The notes: a model not told the origin generated them from the letters alone. Counted from the stretch's first letter, positions 7,619 through 17,711 are shown. The stretch is 64,000 nt of DNA from an uncultured Actinomycetes bacterium (GCA_947085935.1 CAMTYE010000009.1:5153-69152); one strand, 5' to 3'. A program made the numbers and translations.

Positions 7619-9898
7619 ATGCCCGATGCGGCACGCAAGACCGGGTACTCCCGGGCGATAGATGAACTGCTGACACCGAACTCCCTCAAGGTCTTGCAGA
7701 GACGCTACCTGCTCAAGAACGAAGACGGCACGCCGTGTGAGTCGGCGAGTGACATGTTCGTGCGGGTCGCCGAGAACATCGCGAGCGCCGAGCTGGCGTT
7801 CGGCGGCGATGAGGCGTCGGTCTGTGAGGCTGCAGCGGACTTCTACGACCTCATGACATCGCTGGAGTTCCTCCCGAACTCGCCGACGCTCATGAACGCC
7901 GGCCGCGAGTTGCAGCAGCTCTCGGCATGCTTCGTCTTGCCGGTCGAGGACTCGATGGAGTCGATCTTTGGCGCGGTGCGGGATACGGCGCTCATTCACA
8001 AGTCAGGCGGAGGCACCGGCTTCTCGTTCTCGCGCCTGCGTCCCGGCGGCGATCAAGTGCGTTCGACACAAGGGGTATCGAGCGGACCGGTCTCATTCAT
8101 GCGCGTGTTCAACCAGGCGACCGAAGCGGTGAAGCAGGGCGGGACACGTCGTGGTGCGAACATGGGTGTCCTGCGCATCGATCACCCTGATATCCTCCAG
8201 TTCATCAAGTGCAAAGAGGACGGGGACTTCGCGAACTTCAACATAAGCGTCGCTCTCACCGAGAGGTTCATGGATGCCGTCAGGGCTGGCACCCACTACG
8301 AGCTGCTCAATCCGCGATCCAAGGAGATGGCGGGCACGCTTGACGCACGCGAGGTCTACGATCTGATCGTCGAGATGGCGTGGGCTACCGGCGACCCGGG
8401 CATCATCTTCATCGACCGCATGAACAGGGACAACCCGACTCCGGCACTGGGGGAGATCGAGTCCACCAACCCCTGCGGCGAGCAGCCCTTGCTGCCGTAC
8501 GAAGCGTGCAACCTGGGCAGTGTGAACCTCTCGAAGTTCGTCACGATGCGAGAGGGTGGGGCGGACGTCGATTGGGATCGTCTCGGGGACGTGGTCGGCA
8601 GAGCCGTACGTTTCCTCGACAACGTCATCGAGGTCAACGAGTACCCGCTCGCCCAGATTGGCGAGCTGGCCCGCGGCAACCGCAAGATCGGACTGGGCGT
8701 CATGGGTTGGGCCGACATGCTCATCAAGATGGACGTGGCCTACGATTCCAAAGAGGCCGTGGCCCTCGGCGAGAAGGTCATGGGATTCATCCAGGCCGAA
8801 GCCAAGTCCGCGTCCCGCAAGCTCGCTGCCGAACGCGGCGACTTCGCCAACTGGTCGGGTTCGGTCTACGACAGCCCTGACGGCGGGCCGATGCGCAATG
8901 CCACCGTGACGACCATCGCACCGACGGGCACGTTGTCGATCATTGCGAACTGCTCGAGCGGGGTCGAGCCGCTGTTCGCCGTGAGCTACGTGCGAACCGT
9001 CATGGACAACGACCGGCTCATCGAGGTGAACCCGGTCTTCGAGGAGATCGCCGTCAAGCGCGGCTTCTACTCCTCTGAGCTCATGGCGCTCATCGCCGAT
9101 CACGGCTCCGTGCACGGGATCGATGATGTCCCTGAAGACATACGACGCATCTTCGTGACGGCGCACGACATAGCACCGGAGTGGCACATCAAGATGCAGG
9201 CTGCGTTCCAGCGTCACACGGACAACGCCGTGTCCAAGACCGTGAACTTCGCCACCGAGGCGACCGTAGCCGACGTCCGACACGTCTACGATCTCGCCAA
9301 CGAACTCGGGGTCAAGGGTGTCACGATCTATCGCGACGGCTCCAAAGAGGGACAGGTGCTAACGACGGGCAAGAGCGGAGCGTCCACTGAGGTCGTTCAG
9401 ACCGGCAAGCATGGTGAGATCGAGCCTCGTCCCCGGCCGATGGTCACGCAGGGCCGCACCGAGAAGATACAGACCGGATGCGGCAACCTCTACGTCACCG
9501 TGAACTGGGACGAGCAGGGCATGTGCGAGGTCTTCACGCAGATGGGAAAGTCAGGCGGATGTGCCTCCTCGCAGTCAGAGGCGCTCTCCCGCATGATCTC
9601 GGTCTCTCTGCGCGCCGGCGTCGATCCGGAAGCGATTCTCAAGCACCTGCGGGGCATCCGCTGCCCCAGCCCCTCGTGGACTGAAGGCGGCAAGGTCCTT
9701 TCCTGCGCGGATGCAGTCGGCATTGTGATGGAGCATGCGCTCACGTATATGGAGACCGGGGAGGCTGGGAAGGGAGTCACCAAGATGGGCGAGAAGCTCG
9801 ATTACCTTTCGGGAGCGTGCCCGGAATGCGGCGGCTCGCTGGAGCACGAGAGCGGGTGTGCCGTCTGCCGCGCGTGCGGCTTCAGCAAGTGCTCGTAG
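7619..9898 (+). CDS. nrdJ: Adenosylcobalamin-dependent (class II) ribonucleotide reductase
   Basis: I chose the ATG at 7619 (GAGAGGGG RBS). The ORF-track start at 7199 overlaps the cytochrome gene. RNR signatures LPNSPTLMNAG, SACFVLPV, GGGTGFSFSRLRP and STNPCGEQPL. C-terminal Cys-rich Zn-ribbon CPECGGSLEHESGCAVCRACG. Confidence 0.9.
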   Translation: MPDAARKTGYSRAIDELLTPNSLKVLQRRYLLKNEDGTPCESASDMFVRVAENIASAELAFGGDEASVCEAAADFYDLMTSLEFLPNSPTLMNAGRELQQLSACFVLPVEDSMESIFGAVRDTALIHKSGGGTGFSFSRLRPGGDQVRSTQGVSSGPVSFMRVFNQATEAVKQGGTRRGANMGVLRIDHPDILQFIKCKEDGDFANFNISVALTERFMDAVRAGTHYELLNPRSKEMAGTLDAREVYDLIVEMAWATGDPGIIFIDRMNRDNPTPALGEIESTNPCGEQPLLPYEACNLGSVNLSKFVTMREGGADVDWDRLGDVVGRAVRFLDNVIEVNEYPLAQIGELARGNRKIGLGVMGWADMLIKMDVAYDSKEAVALGEKVMGFIQAEAKSASRKLAAERGDFANWSGSVYDSPDGGPMRNATVTTIAPTGTLSIIANCSSGVEPLFAVSYVRTVMDNDRLIEVNPVFEEIAVKRGFYSSELMALIADHGSVHGIDDVPEDIRRIFVTAHDIAPEWHIKMQAAFQRHTDNAVSKTVNFATEATVADVRHVYDLANELGVKGVTIYRDGSKEGQVLTTGKSGASTEVVQTGKHGEIEPRPRPMVTQGRTEKIQTGCGNLYVTVNWDEQGMCEVFTQMGKSGGCASSQSEALSRMISVSLRAGVDPEAILKHLRGIRCPSPSWTEGGKVLSCADAVGIVMEHALTYMETGEAGKGVTKMGEKLDYLSGACPECGGSLEHESGCAVCRACGFSKCS

Positions 9899-9978
9899 CG
9901 CGGGACTCCCGGCAGAATCGACCCGCGGTCGTCTCCCGCTGACACGGAGGCGGCGGCGCGAAAGGCGTGTGGCGACGA

Positions 9979-10542
9979 ATGGTCCTCTCGGATCACAGCA
10001 TCAAAGAGCAGCTGCTTGCGGGCAGGATCCGCATCGAGCCGTTGAATCCCGATGACATCCAGCCCTCCAGCGTGGATGTCCACCTCGGCACGAACTTCGA
10101 GGTCTTCAGGAACTCGAGGTACCCGTATATCGATCCCAGCCGGGAACAGGACGGCCTCATGGAGCTCGTCGAGGCGACCGCGAAGGAGCCGTTCGTCTTG
10201 CACCCCGGGGAGTTCGTGCTCGGTACGACAGTCGAGCGCATCGTTCTTCCGGACGACATCGTCGGACGACTCGAGGGCAAGAGTTCCCTCGGCAGACTCG
10301 GGTTGCTCATCCACTCGACTGCCGGCTATGTCGATCCCGGTTGGGACGGCCGGCTCACCCTCGAGCTGTCGAACGTGGCGAATCTGCCGATAGTGCTGAT
10401 GCCCGGAATGGCCATCGGGCAGGTGTCGTTCTCGGGCATGAGCACGCCGGTGGATCGTCCGTACGGGACGCCGGGGCTTGGCAGCAAGTACCAGGGTCAA
10501 ACAGACGTCACGCCGAGCAGGTCGCACCGGAACTTCGACTAG
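9979..10542 (+). CDS. dcd: dCTP deaminase
   Basis: MVLSDHSIKEQLLAGRIRIEP...SSVDVHLG...GKSSLGRLGLLIHSTAGYVDPGW.G.LTLEL. I chose the ATG at 9979 instead of the upstream GTG. Confidence 0.9.
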   Translation: MVLSDHSIKEQLLAGRIRIEPLNPDDIQPSSVDVHLGTNFEVFRNSRYPYIDPSREQDGLMELVEATAKEPFVLHPGEFVLGTTVERIVLPDDIVGRLEGKSSLGRLGLLIHSTAGYVDPGWDGRLTLELSNVANLPIVLMPGMAIGQVSFSGMSTPVDRPYGTPGLGSKYQGQTDVTPSRSHRNFD

Positions 10543-11630
10543 AGTCCCCTGGTGACCATGCTCACGACAGGCGCCGGGATGAAGCCTGCCAGGTACTTGC
10601 CGGCGTTCGACTCCATGAATGGCAGCCACATGAGCTTGCGACGGATGTTCGACCGGATATGGCCCGTAGCGCGGACATAGGCGGCGAGGCCGTCTCCGGC
10701 GGAGCTCTCGGCGATCGCCTGCCCGGCGAGCAGACCCGAGTTCATCGCGTACGATATGCCTTCGCCCGAGGTGGGGGACATGAACCCACCGGCTTCGCCC
10801 ACCAGCAACACCCGACCTGCACCCGGGACGACGTCGCTCCGGTTGCGAACGTACAGCGCCACGCTGGCTTCGCGTTTGATGGTCTCCCCGAGCTGGGGCA
10901 GTCGCTCTCGTAGGACCCGCAGGGTCTGGTCCTGCTTCTCATGCGGGCGCTTCGTCTTGGGGTAGTACACCGACCCCACGATCGCCACCTCGCCCTTCGG
11001 CACGACGTAGCTGTACGCGTAGCTGTCTCCGATGTCCCGCATGTAGATGCAGTCGAAGAACGGCTCCAGCTCACCCTCGAGCCGGACGAAGTCCTGCAGC
11101 GTCACATAGGTCGCGGCACTGCCGGCTCCGAGAGAGCGGCGAATGGTCGAGCGCGCGCCGTCCGCGCCCACGAGGGTCCGACATCGGACCTGCCCCGGGT
11201 CGCCCCCGTTGCGCAGCGTGACGGTCACTCCACCGGGGTCCTGCGAGAACCCCGTAGCTCCGTGGGACGGGAGAACTTCGACGTTTGACGGCAGAAGGGA
11301 GATCAGCCACGCGTCGAAGGCCCTGCGGTCGACGTTGAGGAAACGCAGCGCCGTCGCCTTCTTGAGATCGCGGTCCCAGTCCCAGTATCTGAAGTTCACA
11401 TGGGAGGGCTCGAGCGCCATCTCGTCCGGAATCGGGGCGATGGTCGCGAGGAACTCCCGGGCGTACTCGTTGAGCATCCCACCGCAGCTCTTGTCCCTTG
11501 GCAGCGCCGAGGAATCGACCAACAGGACCGGCCCGCGCTCCGCAGCCCTCAGTGCCGCCATGATGCCGGCAGGTCCGGCTCCGGCGACGATAGTCTCATA
11601 GTCCGCGCCGCGCCTATGGCCAGAGTTCAT
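10539..11630 (-). CDS. FAD-dependent oxidoreductase, CbrA / geranylgeranyl-reductase-like
   Basis: I chose the ATG at 11630 (GGGGAGG RBS). Dinucleotide fold motif IVAGAGPAGIMAAL. Also CGGML, LVGADGARSTIRR and LVGEAGGFMSPTSGEGISYAM, which resemble CbrA-type flavoproteins. Confidence 0.8.
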   Translation of the reverse strand: MNSGHRRGADYETIVAGAGPAGIMAALRAAERGPVLLVDSSALPRDKSCGGMLNEYAREFLATIAPIPDEMALEPSHVNFRYWDWDRDLKKATALRFLNVDRRAFDAWLISLLPSNVEVLPSHGATGFSQDPGGVTVTLRNGGDPGQVRCRTLVGADGARSTIRRSLGAGSAATYVTLQDFVRLEGELEPFFDCIYMRDIGDSYAYSYVVPKGEVAIVGSVYYPKTKRPHEKQDQTLRVLRERLPQLGETIKREASVALYVRNRSDVVPGAGRVLLVGEAGGFMSPTSGEGISYAMNSGLLAGQAIAESSAGDGLAAYVRATGHIRSNIRRKLMWLPFMESNAGKYLAGFIPAPVVSMVTRGL

Positions 11631-11769
11631 GCGCGTACCTCCCCAAGGATGACGTACCACGCCGGGGGGCACGATTCCTGCTAATGACATGCAGGACCGG
11701 GCCGCACTCTCCGCGCGGGCGCGGGAGTCATAGTATCATCCTCGGTACCCACGAATCACAGGAGGAAGC

Positions 11770-12015
11770 ATGGCGAAATGCTGGGAACAGCGCGGATGCG
11801 ATGAGGAGATGCAGGCGAGCTGCCCGCATCCGAACGAGTTCGCGGACAACTGTCCGACCAAGTGCGCGTTCGCAACCTGTGATCGGCCGAGTCACGAGCT
11901 GACGATCGACCCGGAACTCGTCTTCGACCCGTCGGTCGATAGGTCTCAGGCCATCAAGGACGAATGCGCGATCTGCGGCTTCTTCCTCAGGAACGGTCCG
12001 AGGGTCGGCGAGTAG
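11770..12015 (+). CDS. Small eight-cysteine protein (CW-motif, metal or redox-cluster candidate)
   Basis: Strong RBS (AGGAGGAAGC before the ATG). 81 aa with Cys at 4, 10, 18, 28, 32, 37, 66 and 69. N-terminal KCWEQRGC and C-terminal CAICGFF. Codon usage looks coding. Confidence 0.65.
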   Translation: MAKCWEQRGCDEEMQASCPHPNEFADNCPTKCAFATCDRPSHELTIDPELVFDPSVDRSQAIKDECAICGFFLRNGPRVGE

Positions 12016-12114
12016 CACGCGCGCGTCCCCGCCGGCAGAAAGGGAACAGACCTGATGTCCGGCGTGGTCACGTCGGCTCCGTCTTCCCACCGAGGAGGCT
12101 TCTGATGCGAGTAC

Positions 12115-12335
12115 CGGTTCCCGCACTCGATGAATGGGACGAGCTCTATGCGCTCGTTCGGGATCTGTTCGCCGCTGCGGCGATCACATGCTTCCTCTAC
12201 GCCATCAACCGCCTGGCTACAGGCGTGTTGCTCGGCGCGCGCGTCAAGGCGCTCGATGAGTTCGGCGATGCGTTCGCTCCGGAGGAGCGCGAGGTCTTGA
12301 TCCACCGGATCAAGCACGAATCGATGCATCGCTAG
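12115..12335 (+). CDS. Small hypothetical protein (73 aa)
   Basis: Internal ATG at 12115 preceded by GAGGAGG. Translation MRVPVPALDEWDELYALVRDLF... Moderately GC-rich third positions. No recognisable domain. Confidence 0.4.
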
Positions 12336-12345
12336 GGCGCGTGTC

Positions 12346-13167
12346 GTGCAGCCGCGACACGCCCCGTGCGATGAGGCCCCTGCTGTTGTCCCTGCGGCGG
12401 TCCGGCGAATGGTCGCTGCGGAGCTTGCCGCCTACGGGCGCGAGCTCGAGAAACAGGGCGCCGCACAGGTGGGCGGCTCGTTCACGCGCGACCCCGCCGC
12501 CGACGCGCTCCTGGCGAGCGATCCGAACGCGTTCCTGATCGGCGTTCTCTTCACGCAGGGGATTCCCGCCGAGAGGGCCTGGAGCGGTCCGTGGGCCCTC
12601 CGGCAGCGTCTCGGGCATCTCCGGCTCGAACGGTTGGCTAGCGAGCCCGAGGAGCTTCTCAGGGCCTTCCAGACCCCGCCGATGCTGCACCGGTTCAAGA
12701 ACACGATACCGCGTTGGATCTCCTCGGCAGCAGAACGGTTGATAGCGGAGTACGGTGGTGACGCTGCTGAGATCTGGCGCCCCGGATCGCACGTGCTCGA
12801 GGTGACGGAGCGCCTGTCTGCATTCGACGGGATCGGTCGCAAGAAGGCCGTCATGGCGGTGCAGATCCTCGTGCGCCACTTCGGCGTAGCGCTCGCCGGA
12901 ATCGAGTGCGGGCAGGTCGCCTACGATGTCCAGGTCCGGCGGGTGTTCCTGCGCAGTGGCCTGGTCGACGAGGACAGCCCGAGCGCGATCGAGCAGGCTG
13001 CGCGCACGGCATGTCCGGACGCACCCGGGACGCTCGATCTGGCGGCCTGGCTCATCGGCAGGCAGAGCTGTCGGCCGCGTGCGCCGCGCTGCGATTCGTG
13101 CCGGTTGGCCGCGAGCTGCGCGCGCAGGGTCCGGCTGAACCCCGAGGGGGTCGGTCGGCGAACGTGA
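12346..13167 (+). CDS. HhH-GPD-type base-excision DNA repair protein with an Fe-S cluster loop
   Basis: DPAADALLASDPNAFLIGVLFTQGIPAERAWSGPWALRQRLG...HRF...YGGDAAEIW...GIGRKKA. C-terminal C-x6-C-x2-C-x5-C (CRPRAPRCDSCRLAASC). The start codon is uncertain: GTG at 12346 or ATG at 12409. Confidence 0.8.
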   Translation: MQPRHAPCDEAPAVVPAAVRRMVAAELAAYGRELEKQGAAQVGGSFTRDPAADALLASDPNAFLIGVLFTQGIPAERAWSGPWALRQRLGHLRLERLASEPEELLRAFQTPPMLHRFKNTIPRWISSAAERLIAEYGGDAAEIWRPGSHVLEVTERLSAFDGIGRKKAVMAVQILVRHFGVALAGIECGQVAYDVQVRRVFLRSGLVDEDSPSAIEQAARTACPDAPGTLDLAAWLIGRQSCRPRAPRCDSCRLAASCARRVRLNPEGVGRRT

Positions 13168-13170
13168 GGG

Positions 13171-14472
13171 TTACTCCATGCCCCGCAACACGAGCCCCGA
13201 GAGCAGCTTGGGATAGAAGTACGTCGACTTCTGGGGCATGACGTCGCCGGCAAGCGAGACCTCGCGCATCTGGTCCATTCGAGTCGGCCGGAGGATGAAT
13301 GCGACGTCGTGCGTGCCGGTCATCCCGAGCGCGTCGTGCGCGTCCTTGACGAACCGAAGCCGCTCAAGCGTCTCCGGCTCGTCCGGATGGATACCCAGCA
13401 GCGGGTGCAGCACGAGCTCCTGGAGCACCGCGACGTCGAGGTGCTTCCACGCGCGCGAGCGCTGCAAGCGAATATGCGCGTCAAGGTCCACGCTGTCCCG
13501 GAGTACGGCGAGCCGGGGTCGCTCGTCTGCAGACGTGCGGATGAGGAACGCCGGCGTCGCATGGCCTTCGAGCGCGTCCGACGGGTGCTCCTCCGGCAGG
13601 TCGAAGACGTCGAAGTGGGCCTCGAGATCGAGGTAGAACTGCTCCGGATCGAACGAACCGGCGGCGTCTGCGACCCGGTGCGTGGGCAGGACCACGAGAT
13701 CCGGGTCGTCCATGTTGACGAGCGCCATCATCAGGAAGTCGTGGTCGGGGTCGACCCTTGCCGCTCCGATGGCCGCATCCGCCTCACGACGCGCGTCCCG
13801 GTACGCCAATGCGGTCGTGTAGCGGTGGTGGCCGTCTGCGATGAAGATCTGGTGCGGCGCGAGCGCCCGCTCGATCTCACCGATGAGGTCAGTGTCGGTG
13901 AGCGCCCACACCCGGCTCGCGACGCCGTCATCGTCGGTCGCGGTGATCTCGGGAGCGCCCGAGGTCGCCCTATCGAAGAGCGGACCCGTGATGTTGGCCG
14001 GGTCGGGGTACAGCCCGAACACCTGGGAGAGGTTCGCGCCGGTGGCTTCGAGCAGCGCGTAGCGGTCTCCGAGCGCCTTGGGAAGTGTGCGCTCATGGGG
14101 CAGGACGATTCCCTCGTCGAAGGCATGCAGCTGGACCTCGGTGATGAATGCGCGCCTGCGGATGGCTCTGCCTGCGAGAGTGTAGGTCTGTTCCAGGACG
14201 TAGATCGCGGGGACGTCGTCGCGAACGAGGACGCCTCGCGGTCCTGTCCAGAGGGCCCATCGGGCGGCGCCGGTATCGTAGCGGTTGCCGGGAACGGTCG
14301 GGTCGAGTGGCCCTTCGGGAAGCTCGAGCGCGACGACGTTGTGCGGCGAACGTGCGAGCAGTGCGTCTCGCTGAGCATCGGATATCACGTCGTACGGGGG
14401 GGCGGCGACGTCGGACACATCGGCGCTCGGCCGAGCGTAGGTCCAGGCGCGGAAGGGACGGACTCGGGCCAC
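13171..14472 (-). CDS. DUF1015 family protein
   Basis: GTG start after AAGGA. N-terminus VRPFRAWTY...VAAPPYDVISDAQRDALL and IFIADGHHRYTTALAY are typical of DUF1015. Confidence 0.85.
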   Translation of the reverse strand: MARVRPFRAWTYARPSADVSDVAAPPYDVISDAQRDALLARSPHNVVALELPEGPLDPTVPGNRYDTGAARWALWTGPRGVLVRDDVPAIYVLEQTYTLAGRAIRRRAFITEVQLHAFDEGIVLPHERTLPKALGDRYALLEATGANLSQVFGLYPDPANITGPLFDRATSGAPEITATDDDGVASRVWALTDTDLIGEIERALAPHQIFIADGHHRYTTALAYRDARREADAAIGAARVDPDHDFLMMALVNMDDPDLVVLPTHRVADAAGSFDPEQFYLDLEAHFDVFDLPEEHPSDALEGHATPAFLIRTSADERPRLAVLRDSVDLDAHIRLQRSRAWKHLDVAVLQELVLHPLLGIHPDEPETLERLRFVKDAHDALGMTGTHDVAFILRPTRMDQMREVSLAGDVMPQKSTYFYPKLLSGLVLRGME

Positions 14473-14623
14473 GGGAGGTCCTTTCGTGCGAACGTAGAAG
14501 ACGCCGGGAGCCGCGGAGCCGACGCTCGAGGGCCGCTGCGACTCGGGCTGTCAGTCTACCGCACCCCGCCGCCCCACGGAAGCGCGCCGGCGGTGCTGCG
14601 GGGACCCGCCCGAGACGGCGGAA

Positions 14624-14953
14624 TCACGAGCCGAGGAGAGCCCGGATTCCCACGAACACCGCGACACCCGAGAGCGTTGCGCCAAGGAAGCTGCGTGACG
14701 CGTGGTAGACGAGACCGGTCAGGATCGCCGCCCAGACGTAGGGGCTCGTCGGCGATCCCGCCCACTGGCCGCCAGGACGGAAGACCTCGAGCGCCACGAG
14801 CGAGCCCATGACCGAGACCGGTATGAAGGAGAGCCAGCGCATGACGGGAGCGGGCAGCTCCATGCGCGATACGATCGCGATCGGCGGGAATCGCGTGGCG
14901 TAGTTGGCGAGGGCCATCCCGACGATGACGGACCAGATGAGCGCGGAACTCAC
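14624..14953 (-). CDS. azlD: Branched-chain amino acid transport protein AzlD
   Basis: GTG at 14953 overlaps the azlC stop (GTGA). Small, very hydrophobic protein (SSALIWSVIVGMALANYATRFPPIAIV...). The long ORF-track N-terminal extension is rejected. Confidence 0.75.
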   Translation of the reverse strand: MSSALIWSVIVGMALANYATRFPPIAIVSRMELPAPVMRWLSFIPVSVMGSLVALEVFRPGGQWAGSPTSPYVWAAILTGLVYHASRSFLGATLSGVAVFVGIRALLGS

Positions 14954-15702
14954 CTCCGGCCCCCCTCGGATCGGAACAGCAGGGTTCCGAGGCTGGCCGC
15001 GCCTGTCGAAGCGATGATGATGAACCATGCGCCTGAGATCTGAATGCCGAGCGAGTTCATGGCCGGGAGTGCGAGGGCTATCGCGGCCGCGACAGCTCCG
15101 ACGGTGAGCTGGCGGCGGTCCTCGGCGAGGGCCACGAACAGGGCGGTGAACATCGCAGGCATCGCGAACTCGACTCCCCAGCGGGAAGGGTCGCCGACAA
15201 GCCCTGCCGCGCCGGCACCCAGTAGCGTACCCAGGACCCATCCTGCCCATGCGACCGCACCGACGCCCGCCATCGACCAGGCGGTCGAGAGCCCTTCACG
15301 CCGGTCGTTGATGTTGACCGCGAAGGTCTCATCGGTGAGCGAGAACGCGAGCGCTGCCTGCCCCGGGAGCCCCAGGCCCCTGAGGTGAGGAGACATCGTC
15401 GCTCCGAACAGGACGTAGCGCAGATTGACCACTGTCGTCGCGGCCAGGACGCCGAACAGTCCTTCACCGGCCCTGAGCTGCGAAAGGGCGATGAACTGAC
15501 CTGCGCCGGCCAAGGCGGTGGCCGAGCAGACGACCGCCTGCACGACCGAGAACCCGATGCTCGTGGCGATGACTCCGAAGGCCGCACCGACGGGAACGTA
15601 GCCGAGGAAGACCGGCAGACCGATGTGAAGGCCGCGCAGGAACTGCGCCCCCCGGGTGGGAGAGGGTCGGGGTGTGGTTGCGGCGGGAGGCACGTGCGGC
15701 AT
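14950..15702 (-). CDS. azlC: AzlC family branched-chain amino acid permease component
   Basis: FLRGLHIGLPVFLGYVPVGAAFGV...AGAGQF...VNLRYVLFGATMSPHL...FSLTDETFAV. The start is ATG at 15702 or GTG at 15750. Confidence 0.85.
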   Translation of the reverse strand: MPHVPPAATTPRPSPTRGAQFLRGLHIGLPVFLGYVPVGAAFGVIATSIGFSVVQAVVCSATALAGAGQFIALSQLRAGEGLFGVLAATTVVNLRYVLFGATMSPHLRGLGLPGQAALAFSLTDETFAVNINDRREGLSTAWSMAGVGAVAWAGWVLGTLLGAGAAGLVGDPSRWGVEFAMPAMFTALFVALAEDRRQLTVGAVAAAIALALPAMNSLGIQISGAWFIIIASTGAASLGTLLFRSEGGRR

Positions 15703-15859
15703 GGTATCACTCGCGGGCCGACCGCGCAGCCCACCGCCCGTCGGAGACACGGGCCGAAGGACGCGTGATGGCGTGAATCTTGCGGCGAGTGGGGGTGAGC
15801 CTCGTCGTATGAAAGCGTTACACTACAGACGAGGGGCCGGCGCCGAGGAGGCGAGGACC

Positions 15860-16258
15860 ATGCAGTTCATGATCACATGCCCGGTCGACGGTCCGATCGA
15901 GGTCTCCATCGAGGATATCGATACGGTGGTGCTTCGCGAACCGGAAGAGGCCGAGGTGGTCTTCTCTTGCCCGGAATGCGGCGAGGAGATCTCGATTCTG
16001 GTGCGCATCCCGAGCTTCCTCATGGCGGCCATCGAGGCGATGGCTGACGACACCGATTCCTATGTGGCGCCCCTTGCCAGTCTCGTGGCGATGGCGGCAG
16101 AGGCGGACCGATCGGGCGAGCCTGCGGTGTCCGTCGGCGTGCCGCCGGGCGAGGACGCCGCCACCGAGGCATACTGCGAGTACTTCAGGCGACAGCTGGC
16201 GGATGTCTCGTGCGTCGACGACGTGCTGCGTGAGATGGGCTGTACCGGCGAGAGCTGA
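15860..16258 (+). CDS. Hypothetical protein with an N-terminal zinc-ribbon-like motif
   Basis: ATG at 15860 after GAGGAGGCGAGGA. Translation MQFMITCPVDG...FSCPECGEEI. Acidic C-terminal half. No family recognised. Confidence 0.55.
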   Translation: MQFMITCPVDGPIEVSIEDIDTVVLREPEEAEVVFSCPECGEEISILVRIPSFLMAAIEAMADDTDSYVAPLASLVAMAAEADRSGEPAVSVGVPPGEDAATEAYCEYFRRQLADVSCVDDVLREMGCTGES

Positions 16259-16280
16259 TCGCCGGACGTGCGAGCATCGC

Positions 16281-16970
16281 TCAACGCAGTCTCCGCTGAC
16301 GCGATCGCCGGTACGCGTCCCCGGTTGCGATAGGCAGGGCGATCAGGGCCCCCGCCACGAATCCTCCGACGTGCGCCCACCACGCGACGCCGCCGCCGGC
16401 CGCCCCCGCGATCGAGCCGAATCCTGAGATCAGCTGCATGACGAACCAGAAACCGATCACGAAGACGGCCGGGATCGCAGCCAGCTCGATGTAGAAGAAG
16501 ATCGGGATCACGGTGACCACGCGTGCCCGGGGGTAGAGCACCATGTAGGCTCCCAGAACGCCTGCGATCGCTCCGCTCGCGCCTATCAGCGGAATCGTCG
16601 AAGCAGGCGCGAGCCAGCCCTGCACGATGCTGGCGATCGCGCCGCAGCCCAGGTAGAACGCGATGAACCTCACCGCACCGAGCCGGTCCTCGATGTTGTT
16701 GCCGAAGATCCACAGGTACAGCATGTTGCCACCCAGGTGGAGCCAGCCGCCGTGGAGGAACGCGGCCGTGACGAGCGTCATGAGCTGGAGGGGTTGAGTC
16801 GGGGCTTCGAAGAACCTGGCGGGAACGAACGCGTACGCGTCGAGCATCGCGTTGAGCGCCGTGGCCGACCGCGTCACCTCGAACGCGAAGATGGCGACGT
16901 TCGCCAGAATCAGCGTGATGGTGATCGCGGGGATGCGCTGTGTCGGATTGTCGTCATGGATGGGAATCAT
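16281..16970 (-). CDS. Rhomboid family intramembrane serine protease
   Basis: HGGWLHLGGNMLYLWIFG, the catalytic GASGAIAGVLGAY, and a downstream H in AHVGGFVAG. Six TM segments. I chose the ATG at 16970. Confidence 0.85.
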   Translation of the reverse strand: MIPIHDDNPTQRIPAITITLILANVAIFAFEVTRSATALNAMLDAYAFVPARFFEAPTQPLQLMTLVTAAFLHGGWLHLGGNMLYLWIFGNNIEDRLGAVRFIAFYLGCGAIASIVQGWLAPASTIPLIGASGAIAGVLGAYMVLYPRARVVTVIPIFFYIELAAIPAVFVIGFWFVMQLISGFGSIAGAAGGGVAWWAHVGGFVAGALIALPIATGDAYRRSRQRRLR

Positions 16971-17059
16971 GGGGAGGCCGTCTGTAGTACCATCGGGTCT
17001 GGAGCGAAAGTGTATCGCACGTAGCGGTCTCGCCACGTGCCCGGGTCTCTCGGAGGAGA

Positions 17060-17629
17060 ATGATGATACCCGCTTGGATGATCTGTATCGGTGGCGGACT
17101 GGTGTTTCTGGTTCTTGTCGTTGTCGCGGTCATCGCCCTGTACAACCGGCTTATCGTGCTGCGCAACCGGGTGGACAACTCATGGTCGCAGATCGACGTG
17201 CAGCTCAAGCGACGCTACGACCTCATCCCCAATCTCGTGGAGACGGTGAAGGGGTACGCTGCGCACGAGAAGGAGACGTTCGAGAAGGTCGTCAAGGCCC
17301 GTCAGATGGCCATGGACGCCTCGGGCATCAAAGACCAGGGCGAAGCGGAGAACATGCTCACGAGCACGCTTCGCTCTCTCTTCGCCGTCGCAGAGGCGTA
17401 CCCCGACCTCAAGGCGAACCAGAACTTCCTGATGTTGCAGGAAGAGCTGTCCGGCACCGAGTCCAAGATCGCCTACGCGCGCCAGTTCTACAACGACTCG
17501 GTCATGAGCTTCAATACCGCTATCCAGTCGTTCCCGGCGAACCTGCTGGCGGGGATGTTCGGATTCGTGCAGCGCGAGTACTTCGAGATCGAAGAGGTCG
17601 CGAAGGAGACCCCCCGCGTATCGTTCTAG
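17060..17629 (+). CDS. lemA: LemA family protein
   Basis: GGAGGAG RBS. N-terminal TM followed by [42 protein letters not shown]...F, the LemA signature. Confidence 0.9.
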   Translation: MMIPAWMICIGGGLVFLVLVVVAVIALYNRLIVLRNRVDNSWSQIDVQLKRRYDLIPNLVETVKGYAAHEKETFEKVVKARQMAMDASGIKDQGEAENMLTSTLRSLFAVAEAYPDLKANQNFLMLQEELSGTESKIAYARQFYNDSVMSFNTAIQSFPANLLAGMFGFVQREYFEIEEVAKETPRVSF

Positions 17630-17711
17630 GCGGACTGCAGATACGTTCTCACGGCGCACGCCGCGGTCGAACTCCCGGCCGCGGCGACGCTTCTTGCGGG
17701 CAGGAGAGTGA

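Noticed and set aside
8093-9283. 396-aa minus-strand ORF inside nrdJ. Similar long antisense ORFs occur at 30424-31572(+), 30915-32051(-), 33972-35093(-), 41889-43256(-) and 58260-59660(-).
   Set aside because: All are antisense or out of frame relative to confidently identified conserved genes (nrdJ, PHP/queA, tgt, relA, pilB). All have Arg/Asp/Gly/His-rich junk composition. They are high-GC shadow ORFs.
10539-10542. Convergent genes sharing a palindromic CTAG as both stop codons: dcd with the flavoprotein here, and queH with the PHP gene at 30496-30499
   Set aside because: This is real but trivial. It is a by-product of tight packing of convergent genes, since TAG read on both strands gives CTAG. 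No functional implication is evident.
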